Source: Octopus vulgaris (taxonomy: Eukaryota). Taken from it: a stretch of 64,000 nt of DNA. Each line of letters begins with the position of its first letter. Position 1 is the stretch's first letter. The DNA lies in the NCBI GenBank assembly GCA_951406725.2, contig OX597840.1, positions 18,662,001 through 18,726,000 of the forward strand. Reading direction: 5' to 3'. Both the position numbers and the translations under genes were made by a program. The notes under the pieces were generated by a model, which worked only from the letters and a program-made list of their open reading frames with translations, had not been told where the DNA came from and ran no database searches. Below are positions 1-12,490 of this stretch, in pieces.

Positions 1-57
1 GTTTTGGACTTACGACACTTTTGCATAATAGCAATGACACACACACACACACACACA

Positions 58-567
58 CGAGGTGGTGCTGAAAAGTTTCTGGGTTTACGAGTATCATGAA
101 AAGCCGGGTTGGAGGCTCAACCTTCAAGTTCTTTTACAAGGTTTACAAAAACTGATGGATCACTGCAGTCAGTGTGTGAATCTGAGAGGGGAAGATGTTG
201 AATAAGATCATAATTAACTGATCATCATCATCACTTAACGTCCGCTTTCCATGTTAGCATGGGTTGGACGATTTGACTGAGGTCAAGCGAACCAGACTCT
301 AATCTGATCTGGCAGAGTTTCTACAGCTTGATGCCCTTCCTAACGCCAACCACTCCGAGAGTGTAGTGGGTGCTTTTACGTGCCACCGGCACGAGGGCCA
401 GTTTGGTGGTACTGGCAACAGCCACGCCCAAATGGTGCTTTTTATGTGCCACCTGCACAGGAGCCAGTCCAGCAGCACTGGCAACGACCTTGCTCGAATG
501 TTTCGTGTACCACCAGCACAAGTGCTAGTAAGGTGATGCAAAGCCAGGAACTTTTCAGCAGCCCCAC
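58..567 (+). mobile_element. Mariner-derived MITE interrupted by an RTE LINE 3' end (~223-540, minus strand)
   Basis: Imperfect TIRs GTGGTGCTGAAAAGTTTCTGGGTTT / AAGCCAGGAACTTTTCAGCAGCCCCAC. Internal TGTGTGAATCTGAGAGGGGAAGATGTTGAATAA translates CVNLRGEDVE*, resembling the mariner transposase C-terminus. Confidence 0.65.
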
Positions 568-680
568 ATACACTATGAAAGGGAAGCTGTGTGTATCGAG
601 GGTCTGTCTATCTACCAGGTAGGATTTCTGTTATTCTGATGTCTTCTGCGAATGTAACACAACATGAAAGAGATACGTAC

Positions 681-812
681 TTGTAAGGCCGTTCCCCGGT
701 ATGCGTTCGAATGTGCTTCCGTAGATCACTCAATGTGGTGAAGTATTTTGTGCACCCGTTTTCATCGCAATTAAACGTATCTCCAGTGTGTAAGCGCTGA
801 TGGGCACGTAAC
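681..812 (-). CDS. MTF1: MTF1 coding exon 5, end of finger 3 and finger 4 ([43 protein letters not shown]); gene continues beyond window start
   Basis: Matches MTF-1 [12 protein letters not shown]...[22 protein letters not shown]. Acceptor CTCTCTAG, donor AA|GTACGT; 132 nt. Fingers 5-6 and the activation domains are not in the window. Confidence 0.96.
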
Positions 813-889
813 CTAGAGAGAGGGACAAGGACAGAAAAGAAAAAAGAATAATAAAACACAAAGTACATCAACATCAAAATAAATATCAA

Positions 890-1495
890 ATGGAAATTGT
901 AGTTGTGATACCTGCGCCGGCGGCACGTTAAAAGCACCATCCGAACGTGGTCGATGTCAGCTCTGCCTTGACTGGCTTCTGTGCTGGTGACACGTAAAAA
1001 GCACCATCCGAACGTGGTCGATGTCAGCTCTGCCTTGACTGGCTTCTGTGCCGGTGACACGTAAAAAGCACCATCCGAACGTGGTCGATGTCAGCTCTGC
1101 CTTGACTGGCTTCTGTGCCGGTGGCACGTAAAAAGCACCATCCGAACATGGTCGATGTCAGCTCTGCCTTGACTGGCTTCTGTGCCGGTGGCACGTAAAA
1201 AGCACCATCCGAACGTGGCCAATGCCAGCTCCACCCTGACTGGCTTCTGTGCTGGTGGCACGTAAAAAGCACCAACTGATCGTGGCTGCTGCCAGCCTCC
1301 CCTGGACCCTGTGCCGGTGACATGTAAAAAGCACCCACTACACTCACAGAGTGGTTGGTGTCAGGAAGGGCATCCAGCTGTAGAAACACTGCCAGATCAG
1401 ACTGGAAACTGGTGCAGCCTCCTGGCTTCCCAGACCCTGGTCGAACCAGTGTTAGTACAGAAAACGGACGTTGAACGATGATGATAATGATGATG
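890..1495 (+). mobile_element. 5'-truncated RTE-clade LINE 3' UTR with internal 67-bp tandem array and (GAT)n tail
   Basis: GCACCA motif recurs at 934, 1001, 1068, 1135, 1202 and 1269. Ends ...CGGACGTTGAACGATGATGAT. Same family at ~3648-4106, 11193-11380, 12585-12778, 19770-20043, 27991-28174, 35414-35866, 52400-52727 and 57530-57820. Confidence 0.75.
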
Positions 1496-1516
1496 AAAGA
1501 AATAAACTACAGTTTT

Positions 1517-1935
1517 TAACCCTTCAAGCATTCAGATTACTCCATTAAATCTAATGCTTATTCATGTTTTGAATCAACCATGAATTATGTCATAGCTTCA
1601 AGATTTTCATGATGCGATTATATATTTTTAAAATGACATTGTAAGATAGGTATGAAAGGCTGGATCTGGCCAGTTTGAACACAAAACAGGGAGAGTATTT
1701 GGGCCAAATATGGCTAAGTTAACCCTTTAGCATTCAGATTATTCTGTCAAATGTAATATTTATTTATTCACATTCCTTTGTGTTAATCATGTATTATTTT
1801 GTAGCTTCTGGATTTTGATGAGGTAACAATTTTTAGAATGGTATTGTAGGGTAGGTGTGAGAGAACAGACCTGGCCAGTTTGAGCATAAAACAGGTAGAA
1901 TATTTTGACCAAGTATGGCCAGTTTAAATGCTAAT
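1517..1935 (+). mobile_element. Two tandem TTAA-flanked MITEs (piggyBac-like termini CCCTTTAGCATT); opposite-orientation copy at ~49457-49668
   Basis: TTAACCCTT(C/T)AGCATT ... ATGCTAAAGGGTTAA terminal inverted repeats; ~200-bp unit repeated in the window. Confidence 0.65.
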
Positions 1936-2025
1936 TATATATATATATATATACAATAATAATAATAATTTGAGGGAATATTATTCCTAACTTACAGGGA
2001 AAAATACTAAATCAAATTTCACAAA

Positions 2026-2078
<53 letters not shown>

Positions 2079-2310
2079 TTGTTTAACGACCACTTTCCAT
2101 GTTGACATGGGTTGGACGGTTTGACTGAGGACTGGTGAGCCAAAAGGCTGCACCAGGCTCAATCTGGTCTGGCAAAGTTTCTACAGCTGGATGCCCTTCC
2201 TATGCATGTATCTATATATATGTGTGTGTATGTGTGCATAATTGTATTTTTAAGCATGTGTATCAGTGTGAGTGTGCGGGAGAGAGTGATAGAGAGAGAG
2301 AGTTGCTCAC

Positions 2311-2461
2311 CTGTACAAAGTATTAAATGCTTTTTCACAGCCTTTCATGTCACACTCATATGGCTTTTCCTTTGTGTGTACCCGAACATGTGTCTTTAAA
2401 CTGTATGATGTGAGGAAGGTCTTGCCACAACTCTCAAGGTTGCATACAAACTGGTAATCCC
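2311..2461 (-). CDS. MTF1: MTF1 coding exon 4, zinc finger 2 and first part of finger 3 ([49 protein letters not shown])
   Basis: Matches MTF-1 [31 protein letters not shown]. Acceptor AAG at 2464-2462, donor AG|GTGAG; 151 nt, phases 1/2. Confidence 0.96.
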
Positions 2462-2913
2462 CTTTTGGCATCAACCACATCACACAGAAACGGCACCGGA
2501 GAATGAAACGATAAAACAGAAGAAATAGAGTGTGAGGAATATAGATGAAAAAAAAACAACAAAAACAAACAAGCAATTGCTATTGGAGACAAAGGTAAAA
2601 TACTGAATTGGCCACAAGGTTTAGTTTTTGTCAACACTACACTTCAAGCACTCTGACAAGTAGCTATCTCACACATGTACTGGGTAGATGTTTGACATTT
2701 CAACTTAGTTCGACAAACTTGCGATGAGACAGGTTGTATTGTGTGTGCTTGGGAATCACCCTGAAAATGGAGAGCCAAAACATTATCAAAATCACGTTTC
2801 CTTGTTTTAAAGAAAGGCAAGAAAATGGTGGAAACCTGCAGGAAGCTAAATGCTGTGTACAAAGATGCTTTATTTACATTTGACAGATATTTATCCTCAT
2901 CTTTTTTGTTGTT

Positions 2914-2959
2914 AACACAATGTTTCGACTGATATACTTTCCAGCCTTCATCAGATGTC
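2914..2959 (-). ncRNA. Inverted partner hammerhead motif with broken stem III
   Basis: Minus strand reads GACAT CTGATGA A GGCTGG..TCAGTC GAAAC ATT GTGTT; ATT replaces GTT. Confidence 0.55.
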
Positions 2960-3183
2960 TTGGGGAAATTTTGAACCTGGAGTCTCATTCCTAAGGTATT
3001 TTTCAATATTATTATTGGTCACTGTTTGGAATCAAACTTAGAATCTTAGGGTTAGTAGCCCGTGCTCTTAACCCCCAAATTCTGAGTTTGATTCCAGGCA
3101 GTGACTTGAATAATAATAATAATAATAACAACAAAATCGAAAAATACCTTAAGAACGAGAACCTAGGTTTGAAATTTTCCCAA

Positions 3184-3229
3184 GACACCTGATGAAGGCT
3201 GGGGGGTATATCAGCCGAAACGTTGTGTT
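3184..3229 (+). ncRNA. Minimal type I hammerhead ribozyme motif (Penelope-like element type), core intact
   Basis: GACAC (stem I) CTGATGA A GGCTGG..TCAGCC (stem II) GAAAC GTT GTGTT (stem I'). Stem III is the loopless palindromic ACGT, implying dimeric folding; predicted cleavage after 3224. Confidence 0.7.
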
Positions 3230-3309
3230 AACAACAAACAAGATTAGGACAAATATCCGTCAATTGTAAATAATGTATATAATTCCTCATCTCTTAAATA
3301 AAGAGCTGA

Positions 3310-3645
3310 AAGAAGATGCGGTTATGGAACGTGTTTGCCAGAAGTGGTTTTCAAGATTTTGATTGTGAGAGTTTTTGGTTCAAGATGCACCTGACTATGG
3401 CTGGTCAACTGAGATTAACAGCGACACTAATCCCAGTTATACAACCACGATGATTGCAGATAATCCCCAAATATCCAAACTGAGTGTTGAAGACCTCTGC
3501 ATAAACTTTGTTACATCAGCAGGTTTGCTGTTTGGGTTCAACGTCGGTGGAAAGAGTAACGTTGACCAATAAATTTCCATCTACAATTCATTGCAGAAAC
3601 ATGAAAATGATCCTTTTTTTGAAGAGAATGGTGACACGAGAGAAA
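3310..3645 (+). pseudogene. Decayed mariner transposase fragments
   Basis: EDAVMERVCQKWFSRF*..VQDAP..G...EINSD (mariner HTH-like) and FLKRMVT (start of catalytic domain), with stops and deletions. Another mariner fragment lies at ~55015-55140. Confidence 0.6.
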
Positions 3646-4277
3646 TTAAAATCAAATTCGATGACTGGCATCCATGCTAGCGGAGCACTAAGAGCACCAT
3701 CCGAGTATGATCGTTGCCAGAGCAGCCAATCGGTTTCCGTGCCGGTGGCACATAAAAAGCACCATTCAAGCATGAACGTTACTAGTGTCGCCTTACTGGT
3801 ACTTGTGCCAGTGGCATGTTTAAAAACATTCGAGTGAGGTCATTGCCAGTGCCGCTGGACTGGGTCCTGTGCAGGTGGCATGTAAAAAACACCATTTGAG
3901 CACAGCCATTGCCAGTACCGCCCGACTGGCACGTAAAAGTACCCACTACACTCTCGGAGTGGTTGGCGTTAGGAAGGGCATCCAGCTGTAGAAACTCTGC
4001 CAGATCAAGATTGGAGCCTAGTGCAGCCATCTGGTTCGTCAGTCCTCAGTCAAATCGTCCAACCCATGCTAGCATGGAGAGAGGACATTAAACAATGATG
4101 ATGATGTATACATCCGAAAGATGAAATCTAGAAAAAACAGAAACCCACCCACTGCCCAAGATATTGATTGTGTTTTAGTATACCAAGGTATCTTTAAGAG
4201 CATCAAACTAACGCACCTGCATGTTGTTCATACACCTGTCTTTGTCTTGGTTTTTTTTTTTATAAATTTCAACTATA

Positions 4278-4670
4278 GGTGCAGGAGTGGCTGTGTGGTA
4301 AGTAGCTTGTTTACCAACCACATGGTTCCGGGTTCAGTCCTACTGCATGGCACCTTGGGCAAGTGTCTTCTACTATAGCCTCAGGCCGACCAAAGCCTTG
4401 TGAGTGGATTTGTTAGACGGAAACAGAAAGAAGCCCGTCTGCATATCTATGTGTATATATATGTATGTGTGTTTGTCCTCCACCATCATCGCTTGACAAC
4501 CAATGCTGGTGTGTTTATGTCCCTGTCACTTAGCGGTTCGGCAAAAGAGACCGATAGAATAAGTACTGGGCTTAGAAAGAATAAGTCCCGGGGTCAAGTT
4601 GCTCGATTAAAGGCGGTACTCCAGCATGGCCACAGTCAAATGACTGAAACAAGTAAAAGAGTAAAGAGAG
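4278..4670 (+). mobile_element. tRNA-derived SINE, most abundant family (representative full-length copy)
   Basis: A box TGGCTGTGTGG (4288-4298), B box GGTTCAGTCC (4331-4340), central (GTAT)n, GTAAAAGA tail. Other copies at ~6075-6470(-), 9780-10140(+), 29362-29740(-), 31852-32250(-), 35890-36292(-), 38858-39230(-), 40010-40360(-), 40740-41105(-), 41515-41840(-), 41851-42228(+) and 62848-63166(+). Confidence 0.85.
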
Positions 4671-5427
4671 AATAGTAAGATAATAACAGCACATTATCGT
4701 TACGATGGTAACGAGGAATATTAGAAAATGAGGCATAACACCTCGGAAAACGATACAGGGACCACACCAGAGTTATTGACTGAGCTTATGTGCTTACGGT
4801 GGTGTGTTACTAAACTCTCTGGTCCGAGTTTGGGTGACTGAGCATCGTGTCAATAACATCAAGGTACAATTTTTTTCAGTTGGATTTTCGACCTTATTGT
4901 AAGCTTCACCATTTTTTCTTCCCAACGTTTTCGGATTCTAGAGACAAAGAAAATGATATACTAACCTTAAAAATGGCCAAGGTGGCGCTTACGACACACT
5001 GCCACATATGATGGTGATTATGATGATGGGGAGAATAGTGATAGCAGCTGCATCAATAGTGACTATTTGATGATGATGATGATGGTGATGACAGTTATGG
5101 CAACAACTGCATAGTGATGTTTGCAATGATGCTAATTAATAACGATGATTAACGAGTCTAAAGTGACAACAGTGACACCACCAATAAATTTCCATTTAAT
5201 TTAAATGTCATTAAATTGGTTCAAGAAATGATTAATAATTAATTAGTTTATTTTGTGCTTGCAAAATTGTTAATGTAATTGAAAACAAATTGCTTTGTTT
5301 AAAAATAAAAATATTTCATTTCTTTTATTTCATTTTTTTAACATTTTTTTTAATAAAAATGTTTTCAAGTTATTTTGTGTTGACAGCAATTGAGATGGGC
5401 TTGGGATGTTTGTGAAATTCTAATAGG

Positions 5428-5474
5428 GGTGTGTGTGTGTCTGTGTATGTATGTTTGTGTGTGTATGTTTGTGT

Positions 5475-5543
<69 letters not shown>

Positions 5544-5546
5544 TGT

Positions 5547-5602
<56 letters not shown>

Positions 5603-5978
5603 ATGTGAGTGAGTGTGCATGTGAGTGAGTGTGCATGTGAGTGTGTGTGTATGTGAGTGTGTGTGTATGTGAGTGAGTGTGTATGTGAGTGAGTGTGTAT
5701 GTGAGTGAGTGTGTATGTGAGTGAGTGTGTATGTGAGTGAGTGTGTATGTGAGTGAGTGTGTATGTGAGTGAGTGAGTGTGTATGTGAGTGAGTGAGTGT
5801 GTGTGTAAGTGAGAGTGTGAGTGAGTGTGTATGTGTGTGAGTGTGTATGTGTGTGAGTGTGTATGTGTGTGTGATGTGTGTGTGTGTGAGTGTGTATGTG
5901 TATGTGAGTGTGTATGTGTATATATCTGTATGTGTGTGTGTGACCAGGACTGTGTGTGTGTGTGTGTGTGTATGTGTA
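5428..5978. repeat. Compound (GT)n/(GTGA)/(GTAT) microsatellite
   Basis: Directly visible; source of the spurious His/Thr and Cys/Val ORFs. Confidence 0.98.
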
Positions 5979-6268
5979 GGCCTGACCAGGCCTGCAAGGC
6001 TTAACCATTTCCTCCCACAAACCACACACGTAAAAGCCAGACACACACACAAATCATAAACATGCTTTTTTTTTTCTTTTTACCTATTTCAATCATTTAG
6101 CTGTGGCCATGCTGGAGCACACTTTTAGTTGAACAAATCAACCCCAGGACATTCTTTGTAAGCCTAGTACTTATTCTATTGGTCTCTAGCCGAACTGCTA
6201 AGTTACATGGATGTAAACACACCGACATTGGTTCTCAAGTGATGGTGGGGGGAAACATAGACACACAA

Positions 6269-6303
<35 letters not shown>

Positions 6304-7859
6304 TATAATGGGCTTCTTTCAGTTCCCATCTACTAAAATCTACTCACAAGGATTTTGTTGGTCCGAGGATATAGAAGATACGTGGCCAAGGTGCCACACA
6401 GTGGCACTGAACCCGGAACCATGTGGTTGGGAAGTAAACTTCTTACTTACCACACAGCCACACCTTTGCCTACACATATTTATGCATTTTTACACACACA
6501 CACACACACACACACAAATATAATACACACATACAAACATGTTAGTAAACAAACTTAACAACAACAACGTTTTGTGTACGAATGTCTTGAACTGGAAACA
6601 ATCTATTGTGTTGCTGAATATATGTCAACACCAATAAATGCCCTTGTATTTAGATATTAGCATTATTATTATTATTATTATTATTTATATCATTTTTACA
6701 TCTGTTATTCTATGCTGGGAAGGGTTTGACAAATCCTGACTCAGTCGGTTATTCAGAATAAGAAAGCTGTTATGCTTGGAGGCCACACCTCATGAGTTTG
6801 TTCTGTTTTTCGTTTGACAAGATTTCTAAGTCTGGGAGTGTTTTTCCCATCACCAATCACTTCACAGATCCTACTGGGTGTTTAAAAAGAGTAAAGACTT
6901 CCTTTGGTTACAATGATCATGGGATTGCACCTAAAAAGTTCCCTTCTGGGCAAAGTTGTTTAAGGAAGACCAACAGTCGCCCATGCCTACCAACCTCCCC
7001 TTTTTGCGCCACCGATGTTATTGAAGGGAAAGGCAAAGGGGCCGAAACAGCTTGGCACCTGTGATGTCACAACTCATTTCTACAGATGAGCGAATTGGAG
7101 CAATGTGAAAAAATGTCTCGCTTAAGAACACAACACACAACTTCGTCTGGGAATTGAACTCACTACCTCATGATTGTGAGCCCGATGTTCTAACCACTGA
7201 GCCATGCACCTTCATGTATTTTATTGTGGCACCAACACTAAGGGGGCAGTATCTTGTCCTTACAAAGACCAAAGAATGTTGTTGTGTGTGTTTATTCATC
7301 CACCAGCACCAAGAGGTTGTCTTTGTCCCCCGTTTCCGTTTGCTGTCACCAGACATTTGTTTGGTTCTGTCCCACATAACTGGGTGGGAGAAGGGAACAA
7401 GAGGGTGACAGCTACATGAGGGGTAATTTTTAAGTAGATTGGATAGGACCAATATAAATGCAAGGGTGGTGGTGGTGGGAGAAAAAGTAATGAACGAGAA
7501 CTGTTGAGAGAAGGGAGAATGTTGTAAGGGACAAAAGGGTGCTGAGAGAGAGGCAGCTGCATGAGGATTGTTGATAACAAGGTTGTATAGAACCAGCATG
7601 TGTGATATGAGAGGAGGGAAAGTGATAGGAAGAAGATATGTGTGTGTGTGTGTGTGTTTGTGTGTCTGTGATTGTCCCCCCCCAACATCGCTTGACAACT
7701 GGTGCTGGTGTGTTTACGTCTTTGTAACTTAGCAGTTCAGCAAAAAGAACTGATAGAATAAGTACTAGGCTTACAAAGAATAAGTCCTGGGGTCGATTTG
7801 CTTGACTAAAGGCGGTGCTCCTGCATGGCCACAGTCAAATAACAAACAAATAAAAGAGT

Positions 7860-7894
<35 letters not shown>

Positions 7895-8615
7895 CTTTGT
7901 CTTTATAAATCTTCCATATTCACAACTAAACCATTGCTATCACTCAACATCATACTCAATACACAAGTAACACAATTTCCCCTCTATTCTGACAAAGAAA
8001 CAATTACTGGTATAAACTTAAACTGCATTTCTCCAACGTTGATTATCCTCACAACCAGTTGTGCTTTATAGCCCTTTCACAGTAACTTTCATAACCCAGT
8101 CCACCAGCTGACAAAGATACTACTACACCAGTCATTAGTAATGACACCTTCCAGTGTTATATAAGAGTTATAAAGCACAACCTTCATAATCTGGTTAACC
8201 ACTTTAAATGCTTCTCTCTCTCTCTCTGCAGCCTTTTTGCCATTGTAGCAACCGACAAAAATGTTGCTACACCAGTTGTGACACTTCCTTGTGTTACATA
8301 ATTGGCTTTCAGCATGGTTGGTTAATCATGAGTATCATACTTTTCTTTACAAACACATACAAACCTGTTCTTTCTACACAACACAGGCACCTCCTCACAA
8401 ACATCCTAGATTTGCAGATGTGCATCTATATCAAACGAAAACACACATTTATTAATGAATTAAAAAGCAGAATTAGTGACAAACATTATTGATTGCACAT
8501 ACTCAATGTATGCAGTTTGTTTGTTTGCTGAATTTACTGTGGGATAAAAACTATTTGTCCTCAAGTGCCATCTGGCGAAGAAACAAAACACATGCAGTGA
8601 ACATATGCAATCAAT

Positions 8616-8658
<43 letters not shown>

Positions 8659-8857
8659 TGTATTTTGTATATTATATTAATTATTTTTTCTATGTTTTAG
8701 TTTATGTTTTTCACTGTTTGATTTGCCTATTAGTGGTTTTATCTCTAATTTAATTTTATATATATATATATCATCATCATCATTTAATGTCCGCTTTCCA
8801 TACTGGCATGGGTTGCACGGTTTGACAGAAGCTGGCCAAGTAGAAGACTACCCCAGA

Positions 8858-9086
8858 TGGCGAGCTGGCAGAAACGTTAGCACGCCAGGTAAAATGCTTA
8901 GCGGTATTTCGTCTGTCATTACGTTCTAAGTTCAAATTCCGCCAAGATCGACTTTGCCTTTCATCCTTTCGGGGTCGATAAATTAAGTACCAGTTACACA
9001 CTGGGGTCGATGTGATCGACTTAATCCCTTTGTCTGTCCTTGTTTGTCCTCTCTATGTTTAGCCCCTTGTGGGCAGTAAAGAAATA
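8858..9086 (+). mobile_element. Second SINE family with 16-bp target-site duplication, nested in an RTE 3' end
   Basis: TSD AGAAGACTACCCCAGA at 8842-8857 and 9087-9102; B-box-like GTTCAAATTCC. A second full copy at ~24064-24294 has TSD GGTATTTGTATTGGC (24052-24066 / 24295-24309). Confidence 0.85.
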
Positions 9087-12000
9087 AGAAGACTACCCCA
9101 GACTACTGGGCCTGTTTTGATAGGGTTTTTGTGGCTGGACGTCCTTAACACCAACTACCATGCAGAGTGGACTGAATGCTATTTACGTGGTACCAGCAGA
9201 GGTGAGGTCAATTTTGGCATAGTTTTTACAGCTGGATGCCCTTTCAAATATCAACCACTTCACAGTGTGGACTGGATGCTTTTTACATAACACCAGTACC
9301 AGCAGGGTCGCCAAATAACTTTGAAGACAAGGAATTTTGAGAGGGGACGGGGACTTTGGAGGAGGTGGCCTTGTGTCAGATGATGAAAGGTTAGAGTGTG
9401 ACAGAGGTAGAAGCAGGTGTATGGCTTCATGGCCAGAGAGGAAGGAAAAGAGAATGAGAGAGACCATACTCAGAACCTTTCCTGTTGGACCATGAGCCAA
9501 TAGTCAACAGTAAAATATATGCTGGAGTGTACTCCTGTGTGACTTCATGTATATGTTGTGTATTTGGTCAAAACTTGTGAATGTATACATAACTGGAGGG
9601 ACAAATATGTATTTAGTTAAGCTAGGGGACATAAACAAACCAACACCAGTTGTCAGGGAATGGGAGGAGGATAAAGACACACACATTAATGCACAGGTGT
9701 GCTTTCCCTGATTACTTTGATACCTTTGTTATTTAAAGGTCTTAATTCTATCAGATCCTGAAAATTTGATTTTTTACATGCATGGCTTTGTGGTAAGAAG
9801 CTTGCTTCCCAACCACATGGTTTCAGGTTCAGTCCCACTGCATGGCCCTTTGGGCAGGTGTTTTCTACCATAGCATCGAGCTGACCAAAGCCTTGTGAGT
9901 GGATTTGGTAGACGGAAACTGAAAGAAGCCCATCATATATATGTGCGTGTGTGTGTCCACCATTGCTTGACAACTGATGTTGGTGTGTTAACGTCCCCAT
10001 AACATAGCAGTTTGGCAAAAGAGACCGATGGAATAAATACCAGGCTTACATAGAATAAGTCCAAGGGTCAATTTCTTCAACTGAAAGGTGCCACTACACC
10101 ATGGCCACAGTCAAAATGATTAAAAGAAGCAAAAGAATAAAAGTGTGTATGTGTGTGTGTATACACATATGCACACAGGTATGAGTGTGGCTGCGTGGCT
10201 AAGTGGTAAGAAGTTTGTTTCTTAACCACCTGGTTGCAGGTTCAATCCCACTGAGTGGCATCTTGGGCAAGTGTCTTCTGCTATAGCCTTGGGCCAACCA
10301 AAGCCCTGTGAGTGGATTTTGGTAGAAACCCATTAAATATATGTATATGTGGGTGTGCCTTGATAACTGGTGGTTTGTTTCTATCTCTGTAAATTAGGGG
10401 TTCTGCAAAATGAGATCAATGGAACGAGTACCAGGCTTAAAAAGCAGAAAAATGAATCCTGGGGTTGATTTGTTTGCCTAAAGCCTTGAAGGAAGTGCTC
10501 TAGCATGGCCACAGTGTAATGACTGAAACAAAAGAGTCATACAAATTGATACCAGTGATTATTATCGGTAAAGCCTGGTATTTATTCTATTGGTCTCTTA
10601 TGGTAAACTGTTAAGTTAAGGGACAAATAAGTATTTAGTTAAGCTAGGGGACATAAATAAACCAACACCAGTTGTCAGGTATTGGGAGAAGAACAAAGAC
10701 ACATATACACATGTTAATGCGCAGGTGTGCTTTCCCCGACTACCTTGGTGTCTTTGTTATTTAAAGGCCTTAATTCTATCAGATCCTGGGTTTTCACGGT
10801 CTCCATCTACCAAATCCATTCACAAGGCATTGGTCGGCCCAGGGCCATAGCAGAAGAACCTTGCAGCAAGGGACTGAATCGGAGACATTCTTCTAAACTG
10901 AGCTCCTTAACCACACAACCACAGTTACGTGTGTGTTTGTCATACCACCTGACAACTGGTGCTGGTTTGGTTATGACCCCATAACTTAATGATGATGATA
11001 TATATAAAGGCAAGGTGCTGGTGCCACATAAAAAGAACCTCATACACTATGGAGTGGTTGGCATTAGGAATGGCATCCAGATGTAGAAACCCAGTCAAAA
11101 CAGACCATTGGCCCCGAGCCTTGCCAGTTCCTGTCAAGCCGTCCAACCCATACCAGCAATAAATGTTGAAGCTAATGATGATGCTATACATATCATCATT
11201 GTTTAATATCTGCTTTCCATGCTGGCATGGGTTGGACGATTTTGACTGAGGGCTGGCGAACCAGATGATTGCACCAGTCTGCAATCTTGATTTGGCAGTG
11301 TTTCTACAGCTGGATGCCCTTCCTAACGCCAACCACTCCGAGAGTGTAGTGGGTGCTTTTTACATGCCACCGGCACGGGACGTCTTAATTTTTTTATTCA
11401 TTTACTTGTTTCAGTCATTCAACTGTGGCCATATTGGAGCACTGCCTTTAGTTGAACAAATAAACCCCAGAACTTATTCTTTGTAAGCCTAGTACTTATT
11501 CTATGGGTCTCTTTTGCTGAACCACTAAGTTACAGGGACGTAAACACATCAACATCAGCATCATGCACATCTCCACAGCCATGTCATTTAGAACCCCTAG
11601 GATGGGTTAGTGATAGATCGGGATTAGAAGCTGCCTATTAGAGACTCCCGAGCCCCCTTCCGTAAGGTTAGTCTAGGTTTTAGTTGAAGGCTTCGTTGTG
11701 TTCCGAACCTAACCTCCTCCATTTCAGTGGATCGGGAGCCCAATTAGCCTTCCGGAGAAAAGGCATACCTATTACTTATAACTTAGTTAACCTCAATGTC
11801 TTACAAGCTTCTATGCTTCATGAACTTATAACTATTGGCCTAATTGTGTTACTTGCTTCAATGCGTCAGGCTCATAAAATCCCTTTGAATGCTTTTTTTT
11901 GTGCTCTAATTGCTCTGCCTTTTCACCGGAATCAGCACTTTTCTTCCCACCATTGCTATTCACTCATAGAACGAGGGGGTTAGGTGAGGGTTTGTGTCAA

Positions 12001-12443
12001 AAGGGCTGGTATGTGCAACTTGATCACATCTGCCAGTCAAACTCCCAACCCATGCGTTCCCGTCACAACACTGATTGCACAGAACTGGGTTGGGTGTGAA
12101 ACCAAAACTCAAAAAAAAGAGATTTATGTGTATTTTCAAAACATTGCTATTTTGTGGCCAAATTCAAGTTTTTCGCTTTCTTCTGCCGCCTTCTTTGTCT
12201 GACTAATGGCATGTGCACAATCCTGCTAATTTTCCATGATTATGCTGTTCCAGGTGTGAAAATCGAAGTCCAATGAATATCAATTACTCTCATAAAAAGC
12301 TCCAACTTGCTCATAAACAAGAAAACTGGCCCCGGCTGAAATGTGATAAGAAACTTAGCTCTTGATTTAGTGAGAAATTTTTACTGCAACCTGGCAACGA
12401 ACAGCAAGCACTAAACCTGGCAATGCCGGATCATAGTGCTAGT

Positions 12444-12490
<47 letters not shown>

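Noticed and set aside
916-1335. Regular array resembling CRISPR
   Set aside because: Units are near-identical along their whole length with no unique spacers; it lies in a eukaryotic LINE 3' UTR and there are no cas genes.
4278-4350. tRNA gene
   Set aside because: The A/B boxes belong to SINE heads; no complete cloverleaf, and the sequence continues into the SINE body.
5365-6059. His/Thr-rich ORFs that might suggest metal-binding proteins
   Set aside because: Translations of the (GT)n/(GTGA)n microsatellite.
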